The notes beneath the pieces are model-generated. The model saw only the letters and a list, made by a program, of their open reading frames with translations, ran no database searches and was not told the origin of the DNA. From a virus (Duplodnaviria; Caudoviricetes), in IMG/VR virus record IMGVR_UViG_3300048599_000494, positions 1 to 49,500 of that record: a stretch of DNA of 49,500 nucleotides; one strand, written 5' to 3'. Positions 26,036 to 35,582 of this stretch are shown piece after piece (position 1 is the stretch's first letter; every line of letters starts with the position of its first letter). A program made the translations under genes and the position numbers.

Positions 26036-26637
26036 GCCGTCGCTTCGTAATACCGGAGCTCCGCCGCCCGGAGCCGCGCCTGGTCCATGGCCTTCGCCCG
26101 CTCGAGGGACCGCTTCGCGATCTCGGTCTGGGGGTACGCCGGATAGGTGACCACGGAGACGTCGAAGAGCTCGACGTCGATCAGCTGGCGGAGCCAATAC
26201 TGGATCCCGTCCTCCGTCTTCTCCTTCACCCACTTGTCGTCCCGGGTGAAGAACCCGAACGACATCTGGTTGATGTCCCCGCGCTCGACGGAGACGGCGA
26301 GATCCCGGGCCAGCTGGGTGTCCGGGAGGTCGATCTCGACGCGGAGGCCGTGGGCGTCATCGGCGAGCCGGAGCGTCTTCGACGCCGCCCGCCCGAGCAC
26401 CATGGAGCTCTGGTGGTCGAAGAGGGCCCGGACGTCGTCCTTCCCCTCGAGCGCGGTGCGGAACGCGCCCCGCTTGACCACCTCGTAGAACTGCCCGCCG
26501 ATGGGCTCGGACTTCTGGTCGTAGACCGCGGCGTACCCCACGAGCGTCAACTTCCCGGGCTCGCTCGCGCGGACCGCCCGAAGTTCCGCCTTCACCGACG
26601 AACGGACTTCACGCTTGGCGTTCTCGACTACGGGCAT
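26032..26637 (-). CDS. Prohead protease, HK97 family
   Basis: GYAAVY, ALFDH..LGR, QMSFGF and DVSVVTYPAYP motifs. Confidence 0.95.
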   Translation of the reverse strand: MPVVENAKREVRSSVKAELRAVRASEPGKLTLVGYAAVYDQKSEPIGGQFYEVVKRGAFRTALEGKDDVRALFDHQSSMVLGRAASKTLRLADDAHGLRVEIDLPDTQLARDLAVSVERGDINQMSFGFFTRDDKWVKEKTEDGIQYWLRQLIDVELFDVSVVTYPAYPQTEIAKRSLERAKAMDQARLRAAELRYYEATA

Positions 26638-28424
26638 ATGCCCTCCTTGGCCTGGCCGCCGAGGCGGCGCCGGATGATCTCGCCGGCCGCCGCGGCGTCC
26701 GCGTCGGCCCGTCCCCCGTCCCCCCTCTCCCACACCGTCAGGACTTCTTCGACGGCGCCGACGCCGGCACCGCCGCGGGCCCGCATGATCGCCCCCCCCA
26801 GCTGCTGGACCGACTGCTCCACGTGTCGCTCGGCCACCTCGAGCACCACCGCCGGCACGAAGTCGGGGTCGGCCCCTGGATGCGTGACTCCGCTCAGCGT
26901 GCCGATCATCTCGATGCCCGAGAAGATGACCCCGCGGACGTCGTCCACGCGCCCGGCGTAGTACCCGTCGGCCCACTTCTGGAGCTCGTCCAGGCCGAGC
27001 TTCAGGGCCCGCCGGGCGCGGTCGGCCTCGATGCGGAGAACCCGGGCGACAGCGCCCTGGAGGTACGCGGCGCCGGCCCTCGCGAGGATCTCCGCGCCGG
27101 CAGACAGGTCAGCTCGGGCCCCGCCCGTATCGCTGGATGGATCCGCCGTTCCGCCATTGGCCTTCCCCGTATCGGTTGCGGGGTCCTTCGCCCCCGGCGC
27201 CGGGGCCGCCTCGAGCTTGGCCGGGGTGGTCATGTTCGCCGGGGCCAGGTACTGGTCCCCCTGCTCGATCGCGTTCTGGTTCTCCCGCCGCCGGACGTCG
27301 TTTACGCTGAGCCAGCCCCACTGGCGCCCGATGGCGTACGCCTCGTACCGGGCCTTGAGGTCCCCGCGGAGCAGCGCGTCGGTGAGGTGCTCGACGTACA
27401 TCGTCCCGCGCTCGCGCGGGGTCAGGAGCTTCAGGTTCGCTTCCTGCTCGAACCGGGCCATCCACCCGCCGAGCCCGTCGGTGACGTACTCGATCGCCTG
27501 GTGCTCGATGTTCGAGAAGGTCGCCCGGTCCAGCTTCGCCACCTTGTGCGGAGGCACGCGGAACCACCGGCAGATCTCGTCCACCGAGAACGCCTTGGTC
27601 TCCAAGAACTGCGCGTCGTTGGGGGGCACCGCGAAGGGGACCCAGTCCATGTCCTCCTCGAGGAGGGCCACCCGGCCCGCGTTCTCGGCCCCCGAGTACA
27701 TGGCCTGGATGGACTCCCGGAGGTTCTTCCGGCCGTCGGGACTCAGCACCTTTTTCGTCTTCAGCGCGCCCGAGGGCCGGGCGCCGTTGCTCCAGAACCG
27801 CGCCGTGAACTGGTCGGCCGCCATCGCGGACCCGAGCGACTCCCGCGCGAGCGCGATGACGTTGGCCCCGACCAGCCCGTCCTTCGAGGGGCCGCGGAGA
27901 TGGAACACGTCCTCGGCGGGGACGGCCGTCTCGGACCCGTCGTCCTCCCGGTAGAGGTACTCGATCCGCCCGTCCTGGCGGCGGCGGAGCTTCACCCGGG
28001 ACGGATCCCACGGCCAGAGGCCCAGCGGGCGCCCGTTGCCAGCGCGCTCGATCTCGGCGAACCCGTTCCCCCACAGGAGCGCGGAGCAGATCAGGAACTC
28101 CCGCACGCCCATCGCCGGGGCCAGGTCGGTGTTCGCCGTGACGTTGAGCAGGTGGGCCACGGGGTGGTCCCGGAGGGCCTCCCGGCCCTCGTCGGCCACC
28201 CGGCGATAGACCTTCAGGGGCAGCTTCGCCACGTCCTCGGAGACGGCGCGGGTGCAGGCCCACACGGTCGCGAGGTTGCGCGCGGTGTTCTCGTTCACGG
28301 CGACGCCGGCCTTGGAGAGACCGCCGCCGAAGAAGCTGGTGAGCCACGCACCCGGACGGGCCAGCGTGGACTCCTCCCCGCTCCTGGCCCGGAACGCCGC
28401 AAGCGCACCGCCGACAAAGCCCAT
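26628..28424 (-). CDS. Portal protein, HK97 family, with C-terminal extension
   Basis: LLWGNGFA, VFHLR, DAQFLE, ICRWFRVPP, FSNIEHQ and LLRGD motifs. Confidence 0.95.
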   Translation of the reverse strand: MGFVGGALAAFRARSGEESTLARPGAWLTSFFGGGLSKAGVAVNENTARNLATVWACTRAVSEDVAKLPLKVYRRVADEGREALRDHPVAHLLNVTANTDLAPAMGVREFLICSALLWGNGFAEIERAGNGRPLGLWPWDPSRVKLRRRQDGRIEYLYREDDGSETAVPAEDVFHLRGPSKDGLVGANVIALARESLGSAMAADQFTARFWSNGARPSGALKTKKVLSPDGRKNLRESIQAMYSGAENAGRVALLEEDMDWVPFAVPPNDAQFLETKAFSVDEICRWFRVPPHKVAKLDRATFSNIEHQAIEYVTDGLGGWMARFEQEANLKLLTPRERGTMYVEHLTDALLRGDLKARYEAYAIGRQWGWLSVNDVRRRENQNAIEQGDQYLAPANMTTPAKLEAAPAPGAKDPATDTGKANGGTADPSSDTGGARADLSAGAEILARAGAAYLQGAVARVLRIEADRARRALKLGLDELQKWADGYYAGRVDDVRGVIFSGIEMIGTLSGVTHPGADPDFVPAVVLEVAERHVEQSVQQLGGAIMRARGGAGVGAVEEVLTVWERGDGGRADADAAAAGEIIRRRLGGQAKEGICP

Positions 28425-28427
28425 GGG

Positions 28428-28601
28428 TCAGCCTCCGTGCTCGCCGCGCCGACGCCGCGACTCCGCCATGGAACCGCCCGCCCCCAGCACCATCAAGAAC
28501 CCCCCGCCCACCATGGCGGCGGCCCCCGGCGTGAACACCACCCACACCCCGGCGACGAGCAGAGCGAGCCCGAGAATGGCCAGGATGTCGTAGAGCGTCA
28601 C
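28428..28601 (-). CDS. Small two-TM membrane protein between terL and portal
   Basis: My translation: MTLYDILAILGLALLVAGVWVVFTPGAAAMVGGGFLMVLG...; 57 aa, absent from the ORF track; HK97-like position. Confidence 0.7.
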   Translation of the reverse strand: MTLYDILAILGLALLVAGVWVVFTPGAAAMVGGGFLMVLGAGGSMAESRRRRGEHGG

Positions 28602-28603
28602 CT

Positions 28604-30283
28604 TCAAAGGACCTCGATGCCGCGGGTCTCGTACACCGACTTCAGCCCGCGGCCCACACTAGCACGGCCAAGCGCCATGAGCAGCGCCACGACGCCGTCG
28701 ATTCGCTCGCGGGACTTCTCCTTGTCCGGCATCTTGTTGCCCGACGGGCCCTGGCGCCACACGACGTTCGACGCCTGCCAGGTGAGCACCGGGTTTGGAT
28801 CGATGTGCAGCCCCTTCGAGACGTGCAGCCGCTCGAGGTCCTCCGCCGGCCCGGTGAAGTTGGAGTAGGTCTGCCGGAACTCGAGGACCGGGAGACCGTC
28901 CTCGTCCTGGAGTTCCTGGCACAGGGCCGCCGCGCGGTACGGGTCATAGGCGAGCTCGCGCACCACGAGCCCCTCGAGGATGACCCGGATGTCTCGGCGG
29001 ATGCGTCGCAGGTCGACGATGTCCCCCTCCGTCGGGAGGATGAACCCCTGTCGAATCCAAGTGGGGTACAGCACGCGATCCCGCTTCGCGCGGGCACCAG
29101 CGTGATCTGCAGGGCACCAGAAAAACGGGATCACGTCGTACTCCGGGGGGCGGCGCACCTTGACCTTCCGGCGGGCCGCCTGGAGGTCGGGGTCCTCCGG
29201 GGGCAGCTCGTTCGGGAACACGAGCACCATGGCTGTCAGGTCCGTTGTCTTCGACAGGTCGAGCCCCACGAACACCTCGCGCCCGTGGTAGTTATCGAGC
29301 TTCAGCCGCCGCCGGCTGAGACACTCCCGCCACTTCGAGAGCGACAGCGCCGCCTTTGTCGACTGGCTCCACACGTTGAGGCGGGTCTGTTTGAAGATCG
29401 CCTCGTTGGACGGGATGCCCTCCGCCTTGCGCACGTCCGAGCGGACGGCGTCGGGCTTGATCGACACCCCGTACATCGGGTTGGCCTTCCGCCACGTCGC
29501 CTCGGACTTCCAGTCGTCCTCGTCCTGGGCGGCGTAGATGACCGGGAGGAACTCCGGGTCCTCAAACACCCCCTGGATGCACTTCAGCCCGTACTCCCAC
29601 AGCTCGTACGAGAAGTGCCCGATGTCGTCGCCGGCGGTCGAGATCACGAGCTCGAGGGGCTGCCGGCGGGTGGAAGAGCCGGAGGTGAGCACCTCGTAGA
29701 GGTCGGCGCTGGTGTGCGCGTGGATCTCGTCGATGATCGCGGCATGGGGGTTGGACCCGTGCTTGGTCTCCGCCTTCGAGCTGAGCACCTCGAACCGCGA
29801 CCCGAGGTTGGGGCACCAGAGGGAGGACTTGAAGATCTCCACCGCCTCCGAGAGCGACCTCGAGGACATCACCATCGACTTCGCGGGGTTGAAAACGTAC
29901 CCCGCCTGCTCCTTGTTGGCGGCCGCGGCGAACACCTGGGCGCCGTGTTCGTTGTCCGCCACCGTGAGCACCAGCCCGAGCGCCGCCAGGAGCGTCGACT
30001 TCCCGTTCTTGCGGGGCACCCACAGGTGGGATCGCCGGTACCGGCGCGTCCCGTTGGGCCGCCGCCACCCGAAGAGCCGCCGGACGTACGCCGCCTGCCA
30101 GGGCTCGAGCCGCACCAGCTGGCCAGCCCACTCGCCCTCGTGGTGCCGACAGAACGTCTGGATGAACCCGCACACCCGGTCCGCCTCGGCGGGGTCGTAG
30201 TACCACCCCTGACGCCGGAGCTCGGCGTCCATGCCGCGGACAAGGCGGGAACCTGAGAGACCGGGGTCGGCGGAGCGAGACAC
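28604..30283 (-). CDS. terL: Terminase large subunit
   Basis: Walker A PRKNGKS, Walker B IIDEIH, ISTAG, GLDLS and RIDG motifs. Confidence 0.97.
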   Translation of the reverse strand: MSRSADPGLSGSRLVRGMDAELRRQGWYYDPAEADRVCGFIQTFCRHHEGEWAGQLVRLEPWQAAYVRRLFGWRRPNGTRRYRRSHLWVPRKNGKSTLLAALGLVLTVADNEHGAQVFAAAANKEQAGYVFNPAKSMVMSSRSLSEAVEIFKSSLWCPNLGSRFEVLSSKAETKHGSNPHAAIIDEIHAHTSADLYEVLTSGSSTRRQPLELVISTAGDDIGHFSYELWEYGLKCIQGVFEDPEFLPVIYAAQDEDDWKSEATWRKANPMYGVSIKPDAVRSDVRKAEGIPSNEAIFKQTRLNVWSQSTKAALSLSKWRECLSRRRLKLDNYHGREVFVGLDLSKTTDLTAMVLVFPNELPPEDPDLQAARRKVKVRRPPEYDVIPFFWCPADHAGARAKRDRVLYPTWIRQGFILPTEGDIVDLRRIRRDIRVILEGLVVRELAYDPYRAAALCQELQDEDGLPVLEFRQTYSNFTGPAEDLERLHVSKGLHIDPNPVLTWQASNVVWRQGPSGNKMPDKEKSRERIDGVVALLMALGRASVGRGLKSVYETRGIEVL

Positions 30284-30292
30284 GCGCCCACA

Positions 30293-30862
30293 CTACGCGC
30301 TTGCGCGCTTCCCCTTCGAGGGTTTCGGCGGCGCGGGGCCCCCACCACCAACAAGTTTCCAGAGCTGCGCCGGGTTGTCCCCGTCGTCGGGCACCTCGGG
30401 TCGCACCACAACTCCGCCCGGCTCGATCTGGATGCGCGAGCGCGCCGACGGCGTGAGCCCGAACTCCCGCTCGGACTTCAGCAGCAGCTCGTCCAGGCGG
30501 CGGAACTCGCGGGCCTGGGGGAGCTCGAGGATCGCGCGGACGTTGCCGGCCTCGTCCTTCACCGGATAGGTGGTCGCGTGGGGCCCCTTCTCGGCGAGGA
30601 ACGTTCGGAGCTCCAGCCACCGCGCGAAGTTGGTGCAGTAGCGCCCGAAGGTCCACACGTCCGCCGTGGTCAACACCCGCATGGCGAGCATCACCGGCGA
30701 GAGCTGGAGCCACACCTCGCGCGCCTGAGGCCCGAGCCAGGACGGGGGGCCCACCTCGCCGGCGGGCGGGATGGGCTCGTTGTCGTTGAGACGCCGCCGG
30801 CCGGGGTTTCCCTGGGCCTGTTTGAGCGCCGTGGGCTTGGGAGCAGGGCCGCGGAGCCCCAT
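30293..30862 (-). CDS. terS: Terminase small subunit, P27 family
   Basis: GPAPKPTALK..GNPGRR, PPSWL and EFGLTPSARSRI motifs. Confidence 0.95.
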   Translation of the reverse strand: MGLRGPAPKPTALKQAQGNPGRRRLNDNEPIPPAGEVGPPSWLGPQAREVWLQLSPVMLAMRVLTTADVWTFGRYCTNFARWLELRTFLAEKGPHATTYPVKDEAGNVRAILELPQAREFRRLDELLLKSEREFGLTPSARSRIQIEPGGVVVRPEVPDDGDNPAQLWKLVGGGGPAPPKPSKGKRASA

Positions 30863-30924
30863 TGCTGACCGCCTTTCCGCCGGGCGGAACCCCGGCCTAT
30901 GGTCCCCCGCCGGCCCGTTCCGGG

Positions 30925-31050
30925 CCCCCCCTTCAAAACCTGCGCCCGTAAAAACCGAGGGTACACGGTCGGTACAGGCGCCCCTGTGCAGAGATCCGAC
31001 CCCCCCCTACCCCCTACCGACCCCTACCGACCCCCGACCACCCCCGAACC
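30925..31050. other. Probable cos/packaging region with 10-bp tandem repeats
   Basis: Non-coding DNA upstream of terS; GGGGGGGTCGGATCTCT..TTTTT pattern; CCCC(T/C)(A/G)(C/A)(C/A)xx-like units at 31001-31050. Confidence 0.55.
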
Positions 31051-31181
31051 TTGGGGTAGTGCCACCCGAACGCCGCCGTCGGCCCGTGGCGGCCCCGTGA
31101 CGAGCCCTGGGCGGGGTGGCCCACGCGTCCACCCCACAGCGCCCCTGCCCGCCTGACGCGGCCCACGCCCGGGCGTGGGCC

Positions 31182-33497
31182 CTACTGGAGCCCGGGAACG
31201 AGACCCACACCGATCGCCACGGAGAGCTGGGGCGGGTACTTCGTGGCAGCACCGCCGCTGGGCGCCGCACCGATCGTGATCAGCGACACCGCGGGCTGGG
31301 TGTTCACCTCGCACGGCCCGATGCTGGGCGTGGCCGCCCGAGCCCGGTAGTTCCGGTCGTACTCCCAGCTGAACGGGAGGGACGCCGTGCCCTGGCCAGA
31401 GAGGCCCGTGGCGGGATCGGCCAGGAGCGTGGGCTCTGCGCCCACCGCAGGGGAGGTCGTGTTGTCCCGGTACGCCGTGCCCTGGTCGTAGCCCCAGCGG
31501 AGGGTGGACCCCGAACCGCTGTTGGACTTCTGGATGGTCGAGCTGTTCCACCAGGCGCAGTTCTTGTACCCGCTGGTGGGCAGGTCCGACCGCTCCGACC
31601 CCGCCGCGGCGTTGGCCGCAAGCATCTGGCGAAGGGCTGAGTTGTCGACCTGCGCCGAGAATAGCTCGTTGAAGGCCCGGCACCGCTGAAAGACGCCGGT
31701 GGGGGCGTTACCGGGGTCGGCGATGAAGAGGTGGGTGTTCCCCGAGCCGCCTTCGTGCACGCGGACGTGCCCGCCGATCGCGTCGGTGGAGTCGGCACGC
31801 TGCACGGTGATGTTCCCCGAGACCGTGATGGCCGCGGGGATGTTGATCGTGATCACCGTGCTCTCAGGCCCCGGCACCGGGGGCGTGTAGACGTACGTCT
31901 GGATCGGGTAGGCCCCGTCGATGTTGGGGGTGCACGCCGACGCCGAGATCACGCAGAGGTCGCCCACACGCGAAAGCATGTTCACGCCGGACAGCGTGAT
32001 GGTGAGGGTGGTTCCACCCGTGGTCCCCGACGCCACGGTCCAGTTCGAGGGGGCGATGAAGCGGATCGCGTTGACGGCGTCGGTGCCGATGTCCTGCAGG
32101 TCCAGGTCCCATGCCCGGTTGATCCACATGCCGCGGCGGGCGAAGGACGCCGAGAAGAGCCCCACGGCCCGGTTCCACGTCGAGGGGAGCCGGTGTTTCA
32201 GGTTGTCGTTGATGCGGATGAAGTTCACGACGTCGTACGAGGGCTCCGTGCCGGCGCCGCCCTCGAAGGTCTCGTCGATGATCCACGCCCGGGCGTTCTC
32301 CGAGTGGCACCTCGAGGTGGTGATGAAGGGGCAGCTCCCGAGCGTCCCGTTCGTCTTGCACCCGTGGGTGTGGTTGCGGGAGATCGGATTGAGCATCACC
32401 ACCAGGCCGACGTCGTGCCCCGTGGCGCCGTCGCTGTGGCAGTAGAACGGGGCGCCACGCCGCGCCGACGCCCCGAAGTCCGGGAGTGTCCCGTAGATCG
32501 CGTCGAGCTGATAGACGTACATCTCCTGCCCGCCGAAGGCGTTGTAGCTGGTGATCAGGGCGCCCTCGCCCACGGAGGGGTTGGTCATGTACCCGACCTT
32601 GAGCCGGTCGTACGTGAGGATCCCGCCGGCGCCGCCGGTGGAGTTGAGCTGGATGCAGCTGTGCGCGGAGCCGCCGTAGACCACGGCGCAGTCGCTGAAC
32701 ACGCACTCCTGGGTGCCCGAGATATCCGCCACCAGGGGGCACCGCTCGTTGGCGGCGTTCTGGATGCAGAGGCCGATCAGGTCCACGCCCTCGATGCGGC
32801 ACCCGTCCACCTGGGTCACCTTGATGCCCGCCGCGGCCGTGCCCCGGGAGATCATGACGATGCCCGCCGGCGAGCCGCCGCCCACGTTCACGTGCACGAT
32901 GGTGTCCGACCCGGAGACCTGCAGGTAGAACGAGTTGGAGGTGTTCTGGCAGTCGGTCGCGTTGGCGCACCTGGTGTACGCCACCTCCGCCCCGTCGCGG
33001 ATCGCCGAGAGGGCGCCGTTCCCCCGCACCCACGTGAAGTCGGTGATGCCGGCGAACGTCTTCGTGTACCGGTTGCCCGCGGCGTTGGTCCACGCCCCCG
33101 CCTGGTACGCGCTCTCGAGCTGGAAGGACGTGATGATGGGGTAGCCGGTCCCGTGGCGCCCGATCGTGACCCGGGCCGTGGCAAGGTCCAGGAGCGAGAG
33201 CCCGTAGAACACATCACCGCCCTTGAGGCTGAAGCGGATGTTGCCACTGCCCACGTTGTTCCCGATGAGGGTGATCGCGTCGGCCCAGTGACGGACCTGC
33301 CAGGGCGAGCCCGACGTCCCGGCGCCGCTCCCGCCCGACGAAGAGCCGCCGGCGTTCACCTCGATGTACTTGGTGGTCGCCCGGGCGGAGGGGCACGCCG
33401 CGAGCCGCGTGTTGTACAGGTTCCGCAGCTGGTTGATGAGGGCGACCGTGCCCGCCTGGGCGAAGGACGCGATGAGAGACGTGTATGCGCTGCCCAT
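31182..33497 (-). CDS. Large beta-rich putative fibre/polysaccharide-binding protein
   Basis: GTSGSPW..FSLKGGDVF pectate-lyase-like start, beta-helix-like composition, IGPCE ending. Confidence 0.7.
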   Translation of the reverse strand: MGSAYTSLIASFAQAGTVALINQLRNLYNTRLAACPSARATTKYIEVNAGGSSSGGSGAGTSGSPWQVRHWADAITLIGNNVGSGNIRFSLKGGDVFYGLSLLDLATARVTIGRHGTGYPIITSFQLESAYQAGAWTNAAGNRYTKTFAGITDFTWVRGNGALSAIRDGAEVAYTRCANATDCQNTSNSFYLQVSGSDTIVHVNVGGGSPAGIVMISRGTAAAGIKVTQVDGCRIEGVDLIGLCIQNAANERCPLVADISGTQECVFSDCAVVYGGSAHSCIQLNSTGGAGGILTYDRLKVGYMTNPSVGEGALITSYNAFGGQEMYVYQLDAIYGTLPDFGASARRGAPFYCHSDGATGHDVGLVVMLNPISRNHTHGCKTNGTLGSCPFITTSRCHSENARAWIIDETFEGGAGTEPSYDVVNFIRINDNLKHRLPSTWNRAVGLFSASFARRGMWINRAWDLDLQDIGTDAVNAIRFIAPSNWTVASGTTGGTTLTITLSGVNMLSRVGDLCVISASACTPNIDGAYPIQTYVYTPPVPGPESTVITINIPAAITVSGNITVQRADSTDAIGGHVRVHEGGSGNTHLFIADPGNAPTGVFQRCRAFNELFSAQVDNSALRQMLAANAAAGSERSDLPTSGYKNCAWWNSSTIQKSNSGSGSTLRWGYDQGTAYRDNTTSPAVGAEPTLLADPATGLSGQGTASLPFSWEYDRNYRARAATPSIGPCEVNTQPAVSLITIGAAPSGGAATKYPPQLSVAIGVGLVPGLQ

Positions 33498-33510
33498 GGG
33501 GCTCTCCGGT

Positions 33511-33903
33511 TCATGCCCCCCGCGGGGGGAGCGCGCGGACCTGGCGGATGAGCTCCTCGGCCACCGCCATCTGGTCCCGCACAAGCTTGGTCATTTCGGC
33601 ACGTTCAACGCGCCGCTCGGCGACGTCGTTCTCCCGGAGCCTCTGCAGCTCCGCCTGGTGGCTCGCGGAGATCGACTTCAGATCGCTGGCGTACCGCTCC
33701 GCCGCCTTCACCGCGGCCTCGGCCATGGCCTCGATGCGCCGCTCGTACGCCGTCGCCAGGGCGGCCGCCTGGGCGTCCCGGCGGGGGAGCTCGACCTTCA
33801 GGAGCCAGTACACGATCCACAGGACGATGCCGGCGGAGCCGATGTTGCTCACCGCCTTGGTGACGTCCAGGAAGTCGTTCGCGGACTCGCACAGGGTCAT
33901 CAT
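33511..33903 (-). CDS. Holin-like single-TM coiled-coil protein
   Basis: IGSAGIVLWIVYWLL TM segment followed by a coiled coil; lysis-module position. Confidence 0.55.
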   Translation of the reverse strand: MMTLCESANDFLDVTKAVSNIGSAGIVLWIVYWLLKVELPRRDAQAAALATAYERRIEAMAEAAVKAAERYASDLKSISASHQAELQRLRENDVAERRVERAEMTKLVRDQMAVAEELIRQVRALPPRGA

Positions 33904-33939
33904 GGACCGCTCCTCAGGCAGCGCCGGGCGCCGCGGGCG

Positions 33940-34485
33940 TCAGGGCAGGACGAGCGTCTTCAGCACCTCGAAGAGACCGGGGGCGATCGAGTTGACACCC
34001 TCGCGGATCGTGAGCATTTGGGCCTCCAGGGCCATCCGCTGCTCGGGCGTGACGGTTGCGAGGGCCTTCACCCAGTCGGCCAGGGCCGCGTTGGCGGCCC
34101 CCTGGGGCTCGGTCACGCGGGTGGTGATCTCGAACCCCTTGGCGACCAGCTCCCCGCCGTCGTAGAGCTCGTCCACCTTGCCGGAGATGTCGGTGTTGGA
34201 GCGGACGAGGATCTTCCCGGGGACCACGAACTCGCGCGACGCCAGGCCGCCGCCGATCGCCTGGATGGTCCCGTCACCTTCGATGGTGGTGCGGTAGAGG
34301 GGCCCGGAGCTGGTGACCGTCTCCTGGCCCTCGCTGTCGGAGTAGGCCAGCTTCGACGCCGAGACCTCCGACGCCTGGACGCCCTCGCGCGACTGCTCGA
34401 AGGTCGGGCCCACGGACTGGCACCCGGAGAACACGGCGAGGGTGGCGCCGGCGGCGATGCAGGCAAGGCGGGAGATGCTGCGCAT
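33940..34485 (-). CDS. Lipoprotein
   Basis: Signal peptide with FSG-C lipobox. Confidence 0.7.
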   Translation of the reverse strand: MRSISRLACIAAGATLAVFSGCQSVGPTFEQSREGVQASEVSASKLAYSDSEGQETVTSSGPLYRTTIEGDGTIQAIGGGLASREFVVPGKILVRSNTDISGKVDELYDGGELVAKGFEITTRVTEPQGAANAALADWVKALATVTPEQRMALEAQMLTIREGVNSIAPGLFEVLKTLVLP

Positions 34486-34547
34486 GATGGTGGCTCCTGG
34501 GCTGGTCGGCCGACCCTAGACCGCGCCCGGTGCCAGTCAACCCAGCT

Positions 34548-35552
34548 TCACGGGGTCGCGGTCCAGTACGCGGGCGGCGTCCCATCGCGCGCCATGTCGT
34601 GGACGGGGACGTAGATCACGCGTCCCTCCGCGCGCCAGAGGGGCACGAAGTTGGACCGGTGGTCGCGCCCGAACATCCCTACGGGCCTGCCGGGCTGGTA
34701 GCACCCCCGCGGCGAGCCGATCCCGCTGTCGTTGCTCAGGAGCACCGCCCGCGTCTCCGGGGGCACCGCGTACGGCGCCGGCGGGCTCCAGTAGCTGGTG
34801 GGGCTCTCGAGGACCGACCACGCCGTGGTGATGCTGGGGAGCTGGCCCAGCGCCGAGCGCGGGTAGGGGTGGCCCTCGGTGTGGACCGTGAAGCCCCAGC
34901 ACGTCGCGTAGGCGGCCGCCAGGGCGGCGCACGAGTCGATCGCCTGGTCCCCGCCCGACGCGTCGAAGGCGATCTCGCACCGGGGCGTCCCGTCGGCCCG
35001 GCGAAGCCACTGGAGCACCGTGTAGAGCCGCTCCGGGAAGTTCTCAGGGCGGACCGCCGCTCCCCCATCCTCCCAGCTGGCCGTGCGAAACCGCTCCGGC
35101 CGCATCGCCTTGCGCCACGCAGGGGAGTTGGTCGAGAAGAACCCCGGGACGTACACCGTGACCCGCTTCCCCCGCGCGGAGAGCTCGTCCAGGAGGGCCT
35201 GGAGCGTGTAGAGCTTCCGCATCCCGCCCACGTCCTGGGCGAACCGGGTGGCCAGCTCGATCTCGTACTGGCGCCCCGCGGGGGCCAGGCCGAAGGGGAA
35301 GAGGAGGACCCGGTCGTAGGACGTGGCCGGCAGGGCGAGGAGGTCCGCCGAGCCGCCATGGCGCATGAAGTCGAAGTCCGCCCGGTCCCACGCCTGCTCC
35401 CCGTACACGAGCACCACGGACGGCACACGGGTGGCCTGAGCCGCGGCGATGGACGCCGCCTGGGCCGCCGGCGGCGGGGGCGCGTGGAGCACGCCGGCGA
35501 GCATCACGAGCAGGAACGCGATCACGAGACGGAGGGGGCGGAGACTTCGCAT
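34548..35552 (-). CDS. Exported protein with signal peptide, possible hydrolase
   Basis: MRSLRPLRLVIAFLLVMLAGVLHA signal; alternating alpha/beta pattern; family not recognised. Confidence 0.65.
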   Translation of the reverse strand: MRSLRPLRLVIAFLLVMLAGVLHAPPPPAAQAASIAAAQATRVPSVVLVYGEQAWDRADFDFMRHGGSADLLALPATSYDRVLLFPFGLAPAGRQYEIELATRFAQDVGGMRKLYTLQALLDELSARGKRVTVYVPGFFSTNSPAWRKAMRPERFRTASWEDGGAAVRPENFPERLYTVLQWLRRADGTPRCEIAFDASGGDQAIDSCAALAAAYATCWGFTVHTEGHPYPRSALGQLPSITTAWSVLESPTSYWSPPAPYAVPPETRAVLLSNDSGIGSPRGCYQPGRPVGMFGRDHRSNFVPLWRAEGRVIYVPVHDMARDGTPPAYWTATP

Positions 35553-35582
35553 GCGGGGGACCTCCGGGCTGGTCCGCCGACC

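Noticed and set aside
22183-30862. Gene transfer agent cluster
   Set aside because: Despite the RcGTA-like spike base, the element has integrase, att sites, replication genes and cos-type terminase context.
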